From a virus (taxonomy: Duplodnaviria > Caudoviricetes), in the IMG/VR virus record IMGVR_UViG_3300035499_000517, positions 1 to 64,000 of that record: DNA of 64,000 bases; one strand, written 5' to 3'. Position 1 is the stretch's first letter, and each line of letters starts with the position of its first letter. Positions 45,604 to 55,562 of this stretch are shown here, piece after piece. The notes under the pieces were generated by a model. That model was not told where the DNA came from. It ran no database searches and worked only from the letters and a program-made list of their open reading frames with translations. A program made the position numbers and the translations under genes.

Positions 45604-47472
45604 ATGCCCAAAATAGATCCAAAAACATCTATGTTGTTGGATGTTCAATATGTGAGAAAAACAAAAGACAATCCAGATTGCTTATATACAATCTATAAGG
45701 ATTTAACAACAGGGGAGAAGCATGTTTGTGCTTTCCCAGAACCGAAGATGCCAATTTACTTCGAGAAAGAAGATAAGATCAATCATAAATATCCAGTCGA
45801 TTTTAGGGAATTGGAAGACTGTGAGATGAAGACTGTAAAGTATAGGGATGTTCCATTTGCTATTGCAGAGCATATGGGAGAAAGTGGAAAGCAGTTTGTA
45901 AGGGATATTTTTGATTCAAAGAATTACAAAGAACTTCGCATGTTAAATACATATCCCTATGTATTTGGACATGATTATGATATTAGAACGTATTATCGTC
46001 ATGCTTGGTCACTTAGAGCATCAGAAGATATCGTTCCACAATTAACGAAATCATTCCTCGATATCGAGTGCGATTCGTTTGATACTGTGGGATTTGCAAA
46101 CCCACAAAACAACCCCATTGATTTGATTACAATCATTGATGGAGAAAAGAAACGCTCTTTTACATTTGCTCTCGTAAATCGTCCTTATGTGGAAAACGAA
46201 GCAAGTAAATATATGACAGACCGTCATGCAAAAGAACAGGCAGAGAAGCATGAAGCATGGCGAAAAGAAATGTATGAAAGTCGTCATAAGCAAGAGCAGG
46301 ACCTCATGAATGACATTGAAGGTCTTAAGAAAGAACTTCATGAGATGTTTGATGAATCTTATGGAGAATTCGATTTCAACTTCTATTTCTATGAAGATGA
46401 AAGGGAGATGCTAATACACCTTTTCCAGTGTATTCATCAGATATCTCCAGATTTCTTATTGATTTGGAATATCTCATTTGATATTCCGTATATCATTGAG
46501 AGAATGAAGAGGTTAGGACTTGATCCAGCAGAAATCATTTGTGATGAAGAGTTCTTATACAAGCATTGCTATTTTAAGAAAGACATGAGAAATTTCGATA
46601 TCAAGAATAAATCAGATTTCTTTAATGTAAGCTCTAAGACTATTTACCTGTGTCAAATGGAGCTTTATGCGGCGATTCGAAAAGGTAAAGATGAATTGCG
46701 AAACTTCTCACTCAATTATATTGCACAAAAAGAATTGGGTGATGAAAAGCTTGATTATTCTCAGGATGGAAATATCAAACAGGTAGGTTATTTGAATTAT
46801 CGAAAGTACTTCATTTACAATATTAAGGACGTTTTGCTTCAGTATGGACTTGAGACAATCAATGAAGATGTTGAGACAATTTATGTCTCTACTTACGATA
46901 ACATCACTGCTTATGAAAACAACTTTAAGCAGACAGTAACACTTCGAAATGTGCAGTATAAGAAGTATCATTCATTGGGATTAATTCCGGGTGCAAATAT
47001 CAATCAGATCAAACTTCAGAAAGATATGGAACTTCATCCCGAGAAGTATTCAAAGAAGAATAAAGATCCTGACTTTGAGGGTGCATTGGTTGGAAATACC
47101 AAGTTAATATCACCGTTCGGAAAGAAACTTTATGGAAAACGAACGAATTACATGTTTGCATACTCAGTAGACTTTGATATGAAAGCGTTCTATCCGTCTA
47201 CGATTTATGAGTTAAATATTGCACCTTCTACATTGATTTGTAAAGCAACTGTACAAGCAGATCAATATGAGCCAAGAGGTGGAAGTATTCCATTCCATGG
47301 TTTTACAGATGTGCAATTGGTAGAAGAAAATAAAGATAGTTTCAAGGGAGATATTTCGGCAGAGATTTTTGATAACTTCCAGACTGGAAACTATCTAAGT
47401 ACAGGACATAAATTCTTAAACTTACCGACAATCACTGAGATTGAACGGGAGCTTAAAGAAAGGATAGCATAA
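45604..47472 (+). CDS. Split family-B DNA polymerase, N-terminal subunit (3'-5' exonuclease + motif A)
   Basis: ExoI FLDIE, ExoII WNISFDIPYI, ExoIII YNIKD, FEGALV, motif A DFDMKAFYPS; lacks motifs B and C. Confidence 0.9.
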   Translation: MPKIDPKTSMLLDVQYVRKTKDNPDCLYTIYKDLTTGEKHVCAFPEPKMPIYFEKEDKINHKYPVDFRELEDCEMKTVKYRDVPFAIAEHMGESGKQFVRDIFDSKNYKELRMLNTYPYVFGHDYDIRTYYRHAWSLRASEDIVPQLTKSFLDIECDSFDTVGFANPQNNPIDLITIIDGEKKRSFTFALVNRPYVENEASKYMTDRHAKEQAEKHEAWRKEMYESRHKQEQDLMNDIEGLKKELHEMFDESYGEFDFNFYFYEDEREMLIHLFQCIHQISPDFLLIWNISFDIPYIIERMKRLGLDPAEIICDEEFLYKHCYFKKDMRNFDIKNKSDFFNVSSKTIYLCQMELYAAIRKGKDELRNFSLNYIAQKELGDEKLDYSQDGNIKQVGYLNYRKYFIYNIKDVLLQYGLETINEDVETIYVSTYDNITAYENNFKQTVTLRNVQYKKYHSLGLIPGANINQIKLQKDMELHPEKYSKKNKDPDFEGALVGNTKLISPFGKKLYGKRTNYMFAYSVDFDMKAFYPSTIYELNIAPSTLICKATVQADQYEPRGGSIPFHGFTDVQLVEENKDSFKGDISAEIFDNFQTGNYLSTGHKFLNLPTITEIERELKERIA

Positions 47473-47473
47473 A

Positions 47474-48124
47474 ATGGCGGAGAAGAAAGAAAAGTCACCA
47501 ATTACTTTATTTGAAGATTTATTGGTGAAACTGACAAATATCTATTCAGACGTATATATCTACAAGAGAAAGTTTTGTATTCCAGCAGTAGATTCCGAAG
47601 ATAATAATCTCGGGACGATTATCTGTACACTGGAAGATAAATTTGTGAAAGCATTAGAAAAGTTGGAAGTTCCTGATATATTCTTTATTGATAACGTAAG
47701 AGCAAGACGTGCATCATTTAAAGATGGAACTTTTGAAATGGATTGGTTACGAAAATCGAATATCACAGCAGATGCAAGCTTAGAAACGATGTTGGTTGAA
47801 TTAATGACTTCTATGTCATCCGAGATTCAGGATGAAAAGAATGTCTGGATGAAAATCAGTGAAAATACCGATTTGATGAACCAGTTATTTACTGAGAAGC
47901 TCATTTATAATTTACCAGTTGAAAAGGATGGAGAAGAAACTTCCTTTATTACAATAGCAAAACAGATGCTTCCAATGTTAACTGAGAAGACTTCTGACCT
48001 TGGGTTTTTATGTGTAAAGCAGGACCCAGGATATTCTGATCTGTACAAGATTCTGTACGATTTTAAGTTTACTCATTTCCGGATTTATGCAATTTATCAC
48101 GCATTACCGATAGAGATGAAATAA
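47474..48124 (+). CDS. Hypothetical protein
   Basis: 216 aa, coupled to the polymerase gene. Confidence 0.8.
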   Translation: MAEKKEKSPITLFEDLLVKLTNIYSDVYIYKRKFCIPAVDSEDNNLGTIICTLEDKFVKALEKLEVPDIFFIDNVRARRASFKDGTFEMDWLRKSNITADASLETMLVELMTSMSSEIQDEKNVWMKISENTDLMNQLFTEKLIYNLPVEKDGEETSFITIAKQMLPMLTEKTSDLGFLCVKQDPGYSDLYKILYDFKFTHFRIYAIYHALPIEMK

Positions 48125-48298
48125 TTCAATAAATGGAGAGGTAGTTCATATCTCTCCATTTGTATTTCCTCAAATTTCACTTATATAATATTTTCGTGAT
48201 GTAAGAGAAGAAAGATGAACTCTACATCAAAAAACTAAGGGTCAAAATTTATATGATCCTAAAACAAATTTATCACATTTCAAAGGAGGAAATGAATT

Positions 48299-48565
48299 AT
48301 GACACTCAAAACAGAATTAGCAGATAAGCAGACAGTAGAAAACGTACTTGTTCAATCACTCAACCTTATTACCGGGCTTGAAACTCATATAGTTGACTGG
48401 CCGACATTTAGGGATGCACTGTATCCTCAGTATGAGACAGCATATGAAATTACACAGGATAGAGTATCTTACGGGGATTACTTTAGTAAGTTTAGATTGA
48501 ATGATACTGCTAAGCAGTTCCTTGATCAGTACAATGCTTGTGATAAGCTTTACAACAATCGTTAA
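48299..48565 (+). CDS. Hypothetical early protein
   Basis: 88 aa, AAGGAGG RBS. Confidence 0.8.
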   Translation: MTLKTELADKQTVENVLVQSLNLITGLETHIVDWPTFRDALYPQYETAYEITQDRVSYGDYFSKFRLNDTAKQFLDQYNACDKLYNNR

Positions 48566-48608
48566 AAAAATGAATATACCAAAATGGTTAAAAAGGAGGA
48601 AATGAATT

Positions 48609-49100
48609 ATGAGTAACTTTTTCGGAACAATCGCAGCAGCTATTAGTGAGGGTATTGAGGAAGGTAGATTAGAAGCACAGAGAAGAGCGGCAGAGAAAGC
48701 TGAGTATCAGGCTCGTCTTGACAAGGTGACAGCTGAGATGGACGTTATCGTCAATGAGGGTGTTCGTCGCGGATTCATCAAGAGAAAAGCTGTAGCTTAT
48801 CACTTCTGTCCGGAGCTGAAGCGTCAGGAGTCTGAGCTTGTGCAGGAGAAGATTAAGAACTGCTATAAGGAGAGTAGCAATACCACTACTACTTCAACTC
48901 GTTCACAGTTTGATCTTCTGTTAAATCCGGATAGCAAGTACGAAGGTATGAAGTTCGCTACCGGAATTCAGGCAGACAACTTCATGGAGGGCCTTGGTTA
49001 TAAGGTTAAATCCTTTAGCTATCAGGTTCATCTGTATAGCAAGGGAACTGACACAGCTGTTGCTCAGAGAGAGGGCACCAACTATGTGCTTCATTTCTAA
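48609..49100 (+). CDS. Hypothetical early protein
   Basis: 163 aa, AAGGAGG RBS. Confidence 0.85.
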   Translation: MSNFFGTIAAAISEGIEEGRLEAQRRAAEKAEYQARLDKVTAEMDVIVNEGVRRGFIKRKAVAYHFCPELKRQESELVQEKIKNCYKESSNTTTTSTRSQFDLLLNPDSKYEGMKFATGIQADNFMEGLGYKVKSFSYQVHLYSKGTDTAVAQREGTNYVLHF

Positions 49101-49187
49101 ATCATGAAAGAAAAAGTTGGGTTCGATATTCGAGCCCTTCTTTTTTCTGGTACTAAACACCAATTTATATATTATAGGAGGATTCGT

Positions 49188-50168
49188 ATGATCAGCAAAA
49201 AAGAAAGAGAGGAAGTACTGGATGGTCAGTATTTTAACTGGATGCAGTACGCAACTAACGAAGAGGGATTGACACATGCACAAGCCCAAGTGGAATATTA
49301 CAATCGCCACAGAAAAGGGTTGTATTTGATTTGTGAGTCACCATATGACGGTTCAACAAAACTCTATATCAAAGATGTGACAAACGCTTGGTGGGATAAC
49401 GAGGAGGAGCCGGATTGTAACTGGTTTAAGATCTTTACATTTACAAATGAACCTACAAAGAAGGGTTACAGCATTTGTAAAGTAGATCACTATCGGTTGG
49501 ATTCACATGGGTATATAAACCTGAAAGTAACATCGTTAAAACCGTTGGATAATTACCGGATATATTCACCATTCGTTCCGGCGTTTGAAGGTTCGTTCCG
49601 AAGTATGGCTTGGTGGTATCTCTTTAATCAAACGAATCGGTTTTTCCCGGTTTATCATTTCCCGGCAGAATATAATCGTTCTCCAAATCTTGGAAATATG
49701 GGACGATTAGTATCGGATGTATTTTACGGAGCACCACAGGTTACTATCGCAAATGAGATACTCCGAAGATTCATCGCTGGAGAAATAGAATACGAAGATA
49801 TCGAGCGTGAGATTACAGAGTTGTCTCCATGGGATAAGTTCTTGGAAGAAGTAATCACGGCGGTAGGGACAAAAACAGTAGATCAGAGGTTCGGGCTCTA
49901 TCCGGAATTTGCAAAGAAATTATCGATGCATTTTGATGAAGTTCCGGAGATAAAATTCAGGAGTCAAGTCATTGATTACGTATGTCGTCAGAATGAGTAT
50001 TACTGGAGTCTGGTGGAGGAAAAGGTTGAAGGGTTTTCACTGGATAGTGTTCTGACGATTCCTGAGCGTATCGAGAAAGGTCTTGAATATCGGAAGCATT
50101 TAAAAGAGCTGGAGAAAGAAGACCGAAAGCGGAAACGTAAGGAAAAGAAGGCAGCCGTTACAGAGTAG
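49188..50168 (+). CDS. Hypothetical protein
   Basis: Start moved to ATG 49188 (AGGAGG RBS, downstream of a terminator and an early-like motif). Confidence 0.85.
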   Translation: MISKKEREEVLDGQYFNWMQYATNEEGLTHAQAQVEYYNRHRKGLYLICESPYDGSTKLYIKDVTNAWWDNEEEPDCNWFKIFTFTNEPTKKGYSICKVDHYRLDSHGYINLKVTSLKPLDNYRIYSPFVPAFEGSFRSMAWWYLFNQTNRFFPVYHFPAEYNRSPNLGNMGRLVSDVFYGAPQVTIANEILRRFIAGEIEYEDIEREITELSPWDKFLEEVITAVGTKTVDQRFGLYPEFAKKLSMHFDEVPEIKFRSQVIDYVCRQNEYYWSLVEEKVEGFSLDSVLTIPERIEKGLEYRKHLKELEKEDRKRKRKEKKAAVTE

Positions 50169-50272
50169 TAATAATACGAGGGAATCTCATGGGTTCCCTC
50201 TTTTTTTATTATTTATTTCACTTATATATTATCTTTGTAGGAATAGAAGAAAGGAGATTTAAAAAAAGAGAC

Positions 50273-51007
50273 ATGAGTAGACAAAAATACATACGGATTT
50301 ATGTGAATGGAAATCACATAAGAAGTACTGGAGCTGAACGATGGTATAGAGACATGGTGCTTGAGAATCTTGGAATGATCAATTATGATCCGGAAACATA
50401 TGACCCCCAACGCATATTACGAGAGATGCCAGCTACCGTTCTTAGAGGAATTTTACCGGATTATATCCCGGAGGTTAATGCCGCGCGGTTTATTGTTTCT
50501 TGTCATTTGATCCAGAGAAACTCCAGTGGAAAACATGTAAAACGTGTATACAGTACACCGTTTAATATGAATCTTGAAAGAGATGATTCTAATTGGAGAG
50601 GTTTTAAAATTGTCATTACTCCTCCAATTGAAACAACTGCAGAAGCTATTAGGATGGTCAATGATAAAGATGAGATATTTGCTGAAAATATTGGAAAGAA
50701 GCCAGATCGTCTTAAGGATTACCGCTTTTATAACTACTTCTTCCAAGTAGATCAAAAGAGGCTGGATCCTATTGTAAGTCTTGAGAAAGACTGGCTTTTG
50801 GTTACAGTTATGACAAAACAGCAATATGATGGTAAACAGTTAGCAAATAAGATCCGAGAAGCATTTTATAAAGGTATCGAAGAGCAGGATGGAGCTGCTT
50901 TTACAGATGATAAAAGTTTCAAGGATTACATAGTAAAGACGGTCAATAATATATTAGGTGAAGATGGAATATGTAAAGTCATCGATCCGAAAACTGTTGA
51001 CCTTTAA
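50273..51007 (+). CDS. Hypothetical early protein
   Basis: Start moved to ATG 50273; early motif at 50225. Confidence 0.8.
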   Translation: MSRQKYIRIYVNGNHIRSTGAERWYRDMVLENLGMINYDPETYDPQRILREMPATVLRGILPDYIPEVNAARFIVSCHLIQRNSSGKHVKRVYSTPFNMNLERDDSNWRGFKIVITPPIETTAEAIRMVNDKDEIFAENIGKKPDRLKDYRFYNYFFQVDQKRLDPIVSLEKDWLLVTVMTKQQYDGKQLANKIREAFYKGIEEQDGAAFTDDKSFKDYIVKTVNNILGEDGICKVIDPKTVDL

Positions 51008-51018
51008 GTTACAAAGAG

Positions 51019-51786
51019 GTGGATGAAATGTATGAACGTACAGATCAATATGTAATTGAGCGTGAGTTCATTCATGCAGGATTACGTTGTTTAGTTTTAT
51101 TCAATGTAGCAGGGTTTCGTTGTGGCTACGTTGGAGTAGATAAAGATCATCGATTATTTGGTAAGGACTATTCAGATCATCTTGAAGATAAGGTAAAAGA
51201 TGGTGATAAAGCGTATAATGTCAACGAGGTAAGTTTTCTTGACTTATTACAATCCCTTACTGATGGGAGCCCAAATGAGACGATAAACTCATTCTTCTAT
51301 GTACATGGAGGCGTCGATTTCTCGGATTACTGGCCGACAAAAGAGAGTAAGTATGCAAAAGATGGATTGTGGTATTTTGGATTTGCTTGCAATCATATCA
51401 TGGATGTACTGGATGCTGACTCATTGGAGAGGTATTTTCCAAATACAGATCCTGGCGAAATCGTAATGCTTCAAAATATCATTAATCAGATGAGTGGGCT
51501 TGATGCTTCTGTAAAGGATGCAAACTTTGTAGAAGAGCAACTGCGAAGTTTAGCAGAGCAATTACAAGCATATGAATATCAGTTTGATCCAGATCATGAT
51601 CCATCTGATGTAATGGATTATATGGCTTTTGTAGCTCCAAAAGCACGTCATATTATCCAGACTGCAAATGGATTAAGTCCAGATGAAATTATTCATCCGG
51701 AGTTAGGAAAAGTCCTCTTTAGTCAAATGATTATGGTTCATGTTGATGAAAAGAAGAAGAAAAGAAAGAAAAAGAAAGGCAATTGA
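51019..51786 (+). CDS. Conserved phage protein of unknown function
   Basis: CGYVGV...HGG...WYFGFxCxH pattern common in phage hypotheticals. Confidence 0.8.
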   Translation: MDEMYERTDQYVIEREFIHAGLRCLVLFNVAGFRCGYVGVDKDHRLFGKDYSDHLEDKVKDGDKAYNVNEVSFLDLLQSLTDGSPNETINSFFYVHGGVDFSDYWPTKESKYAKDGLWYFGFACNHIMDVLDADSLERYFPNTDPGEIVMLQNIINQMSGLDASVKDANFVEEQLRSLAEQLQAYEYQFDPDHDPSDVMDYMAFVAPKARHIIQTANGLSPDEIIHPELGKVLFSQMIMVHVDEKKKKRKKKKGN

Positions 51787-52226
51787 TAAAGGGGGTTGTT
51801 AAGGTGAGGAAGAGTTATATCAACTATGATTACAGCGATCTTTACAGACTATCGGATGATGAGATCAAGAAGAGAATTCATAAGTGTGAAAAGGAATTAG
51901 AAGATGCTTATGATATCCTTTTTCGAAGATGTGATCCGTTAGAAGATGGTGAAAAAGAGTTACAGAAACCGGAAAGTGATACCTCTGATTTCCATAGAAT
52001 AACATGGCAACTACAAGCAGGTGTCAGCAGGTTATACTATCAGAACGTCTCTCAATTCAATACTACCAACATTCTGATTCGAATTCTTTATGAAGAGAAT
52101 CAACTTCGCTTACTTAAGAAAGTAAAGAAAGACAAGAAGAAACTCCGGAAGATGGAAAAGAGACAGGAAGAAGAACTTGAAAAGTGGGAGGAGGACAATG
52201 AGGATAAAGATGAAGGAAAGGAGTAA
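51783..52226 (+). CDS. Hypothetical protein
   Basis: 147-aa ORF in operon; start uncertain. Confidence 0.7.
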   Translation: MIKGVVKVRKSYINYDYSDLYRLSDDEIKKRIHKCEKELEDAYDILFRRCDPLEDGEKELQKPESDTSDFHRITWQLQAGVSRLYYQNVSQFNTTNILIRILYEENQLRLLKKVKKDKKKLRKMEKRQEEELEKWEEDNEDKDEGKE

Positions 52227-52232
52227 TATGGA

Positions 52233-52517
52233 ATGGCAAAGCCAAAAACAACTGGATCAAAAGGAGACATTTGGAATATAAAAGCAATCGATGCCCAAAT
52301 TGATGCTTTAAAAAGTTCCTTAAATGCTTTAAAAGGTGTCTGTGCAACAGCACAAGGTAGTTATTGTGAACCTTATGGAACTTGCAATACAGCAGATAAT
52401 TTAGCAGCTTTAGCTAGTGCACAGATTACAGTCATTGAAAATGAGATTACGTTCTTAACATCGATTAAGAAATTGATTACATCAATGGCTCCAAATATGT
52501 CTTATTTTGATACCTAA
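52233..52517 (+). CDS. Hypothetical protein
   Basis: 94 aa, AAGGAG RBS. Confidence 0.7.
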   Translation: MAKPKTTGSKGDIWNIKAIDAQIDALKSSLNALKGVCATAQGSYCEPYGTCNTADNLAALASAQITVIENEITFLTSIKKLITSMAPNMSYFDT

Positions 52518-52531
52518 AAACACAGTATAAA

Positions 52532-52900
52532 TTGGAGGTGTATATTATGTCAGATAATCCTGTTTTTAATAAAAATTATGACGAGGTTCTTGGTAATCGT
52601 CCAATAACTGAGTCTGATAAATTTGATAATGGATATCTTTGGAAAATGAGCATGAAATCACTCGATAAATTGATAGAGGATTGCAAGCGTGGACTGGAGA
52701 AAGATAGAGAAAAGATCTGTAAAATGGCTTCTGATTTTAAAGCCTATCAAGAATCACATGATATAGATTCTGAAGGTAACCCATTTGAAGTAGATTATAT
52801 TCTTTTGATGTCACATTTTGGAGATTCTATGAGAACCCTTGATTTCCTTTTAGCAGTAAAGAAAGATCGGCAGTTAGATGGAGTTTCAACAAAGGTGTAA
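52532..52900 (+). CDS. Hypothetical protein
   Basis: ORF; likely start MSDNP after GGAGGTG. Confidence 0.75.
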   Translation: MEVYIMSDNPVFNKNYDEVLGNRPITESDKFDNGYLWKMSMKSLDKLIEDCKRGLEKDREKICKMASDFKAYQESHDIDSEGNPFEVDYILLMSHFGDSMRTLDFLLAVKKDRQLDGVSTKV

Positions 52901-52951
52901 ATCCATACAAGTCACATTCTCATAAAATAAAAGGAAAGGAGGAAAGAGACC

Positions 52952-53350
52952 GTGAAAAAGAAGATCGTAGGAATTATCTCAGTCCTTATCTTACTTTGTG
53001 CATTGGTTACAGGTTGCTCTGAAGCAGAGCGGGTTTCGTATAACCTCTCTCAGGAAGCAGACAACTTCAATGTAGTAAGACAGCTTACGGTGATCAATTG
53101 TATTACCGGTGACACGTTATTCCAGATGACTGGAAAGATGAGTATCACTGCTGACACGGAAGACGACCAACTCGAAATTATCGTGGAGGACGAGGGAACT
53201 TATGTGAAGCATTTTGTTGGGTTAAGTGATAACGTAACTTATGTTGTCGAAGATTTGAACCTTGGTTCAAATGAAGTTTCGAAGTATCGATACACGTTAA
53301 ACTTCAATCCCAACATGTGGATCCCTGTGGAAGCAGATGTAATCGATTAA
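52952..53350 (+). CDS. Phage lipoprotein
   Basis: Signal peptide with lipobox LVTG-C; EADNFNVVRQLTVIN motif common in Firmicute phage lipoproteins. Confidence 0.8.
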   Translation: MKKKIVGIISVLILLCALVTGCSEAERVSYNLSQEADNFNVVRQLTVINCITGDTLFQMTGKMSITADTEDDQLEIIVEDEGTYVKHFVGLSDNVTYVVEDLNLGSNEVSKYRYTLNFNPNMWIPVEADVID

Positions 53351-53685
53351 TAAATGAGAGGCAGGTATTTCTTATGGAAAAACCTATTTTCGATGCTGAT
53401 GTGAAACAGGATTGGATGAGGAAGGTCAGAGAGTCTGACCTTCCCTTTATTATCCAAAATTCGAAATTACATCTCATCTGTAATAAAAATATTTATCATG
53501 CTCCACTTCAGAAATGTGATGCAAGATGTCGTCCAGATGATCATTGCATGTGGGGTATTGATTATGATTTGCTTAGAAATATGCAATATCACAAAGAAAA
53601 CATGTGTCCAATTTTATACGAAAGAGTATTGGAGCATTTGGATTATTTATTTGAAATTGGGTATTTGAATAGGGAGGAAGATTAA
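53317..53685 (+). CDS. Hypothetical Cys-containing protein
   Basis: ORF; likely start at MEKPIF. Confidence 0.65.
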   Translation: MDPCGSRCNRLINERQVFLMEKPIFDADVKQDWMRKVRESDLPFIIQNSKLHLICNKNIYHAPLQKCDARCRPDDHCMWGIDYDLLRNMQYHKENMCPILYERVLEHLDYLFEIGYLNREED

Positions 53686-53686
53686 A

Positions 53687-54148
53687 ATGATAGATGTAAC
53701 TTATGGATATAGAAGTGAATTACCTTTTGGAGACGGAAGAAGAGATTCCGTCTCCGTTGTTCGGCATGAAATCTTTGAACTGGGTAATGATGATATCATG
53801 GAAACTTTGGTAAAGACAATCTTAAAGGGTCAACCAGAGGAGAAAGAAATTAACGAAATGATTGAACGTCATCGTCGTGGTGAGTATAATCAACTCGACC
53901 GGTTACAACAGAGAAGGTTTGTAGGGATGATGCTTAATGCAGTTGCGCGGGTTACAGGAAAGCGCGTAAATGCAGTCCTTTGGCTTTGTAAAGAAAAAGA
54001 CGATGTATACAGGTATGATCTTAACCCGAGCACTATGACAGATGATGATATTGATAAATATCCAACATCCGATGTCATCCTTTCTGATTGTGGAGAGGAT
54101 GGATGCTTGTATGCTTATGAAGATTTACCGGATAAAATAAGCAGATAA
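53687..54148 (+). CDS. Hypothetical protein
   Basis: 153 aa, GGAGG RBS. Confidence 0.8.
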   Translation: MIDVTYGYRSELPFGDGRRDSVSVVRHEIFELGNDDIMETLVKTILKGQPEEKEINEMIERHRRGEYNQLDRLQQRRFVGMMLNAVARVTGKRVNAVLWLCKEKDDVYRYDLNPSTMTDDDIDKYPTSDVILSDCGEDGCLYAYEDLPDKISR

Positions 54149-54163
54149 ATTGGAGGATTAATT

Positions 54164-54421
54164 ATGTTGCTATCACCAGGAGTTGAACGAGAGGGTGTTA
54201 TTACCTGTCGTTATTTTGATCCAGAGGTTTTTGTTCCAGGGAGAGTTTATGATGTTTGTGATAATCATGAATTCATACCAATGATATTACACAGTAGATC
54301 GGATGAAGAATTGGTCTTTGAGTACCCAGGTACAAGGACACTCTGTGTAAAGACAATTACGTTGGATCAATATTTACGGAAAGGTAATAGAATTGTAAAG
54401 ATAACCTTTCACAAACTGTAA
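54164..54421 (+). CDS. Hypothetical protein
   Basis: 85 aa, GGAGG RBS. Confidence 0.75.
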   Translation: MLLSPGVEREGVITCRYFDPEVFVPGRVYDVCDNHEFIPMILHSRSDEELVFEYPGTRTLCVKTITLDQYLRKGNRIVKITFHKL

Positions 54422-54478
54422 TTTCATTTATATATTATCTTTCTAGTATCGATAAAAAGAAATGTAAAGAAAGGTGGT

Positions 54479-55456
54479 TTGTCTATGGCTAGTGAGTCAA
54501 AGAAACGATTAAAGGAACTGGAAAAGAGTGAGAAGAAGGCAGGTGATATTTATGCCGTAACGGAAAAGAAATCAAAAGGGAAGCGAATCAAAGGAGAGGC
54601 TTTGTATACGATTTCGTTAAGTAACTTCTTCTCACATGTGTTTGAGATGATTCTTCTTATCAATAATATTGATGAGGAAGAATACATCGATAGTGATTAT
54701 GGAATGATGAAGCGGAATATCGTTCTCAATAAGAAGTTTAAGAAGCTCTCGGATTTGGATTGGGAAAATGCTTATCCGATGGAGAATCCGGAGTTTCGTG
54801 GGAAGTTTGCAACGGTATATCTATTTCATCTGGTAAGAGAAGTAAATCGCTGGATCAAGAAGACGCAGCTGTATTGTTACAAGGACAAGAAGAAGTACAA
54901 AGTGTACAACCATCTTCTTGACAATATCATCACAAGATCCGATTTGTTGATTGTTGGAATATTGACAAAGGACTTCTCGTATGCAGAACCGCTTCAGGCA
55001 ATGACACAGATTCTCATCTTATCCGGTGGATATGATGAAGAGATCTTAGAGAAGCTGGATACAGCAATCAAGTTCTTGGAAGAGCAGTGTACGGATCCGG
55101 ATTTGGATGAAGGCATCATCTTGAATAATATCATGAAGACAGCTTTCATGTTAGCAACACTCACATTGAAGTTTAAGAAAACCCCGGAATATATTGAAGG
55201 GGATTATCGGGACGATGATGAACTGATGAAGAAGCAGCTTGGGCAGCTTGGATATGCAATTATGCATTCACAGTCCAAAGGAAATAAGAGCTTCTTCTAT
55301 CGAATCATGGTAGAAGCAAATCCAGCGATCGAGACAAGATTTGAAGATATTGCTGATTTCCCGGAGATTAGTGTCGCCTGTCAAGCTTTGGAATTATTGG
55401 GTCTTTATATGGATAATCCGGTAGTTTCAAGGTACATTGATACTATGATCCGATAA
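54479..55456 (+). CDS. Hypothetical early protein
   Basis: 325 aa; early motif 54431-54440; terminator after. Confidence 0.85.
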   Translation: MSMASESKKRLKELEKSEKKAGDIYAVTEKKSKGKRIKGEALYTISLSNFFSHVFEMILLINNIDEEEYIDSDYGMMKRNIVLNKKFKKLSDLDWENAYPMENPEFRGKFATVYLFHLVREVNRWIKKTQLYCYKDKKKYKVYNHLLDNIITRSDLLIVGILTKDFSYAEPLQAMTQILILSGGYDEEILEKLDTAIKFLEEQCTDPDLDEGIILNNIMKTAFMLATLTLKFKKTPEYIEGDYRDDDELMKKQLGQLGYAIMHSQSKGNKSFFYRIMVEANPAIETRFEDIADFPEISVACQALELLGLYMDNPVVSRYIDTMIR

Positions 55457-55562
55457 TTTGATAAAGAAGGGGTTTTCATGTCTCGCCCCTTCTTTTTTTT
55501 TTTGTCTTTTCTTATTATCCGTATGACAAACCATTAATACGATTTATAAGGAGGATTTAAAC

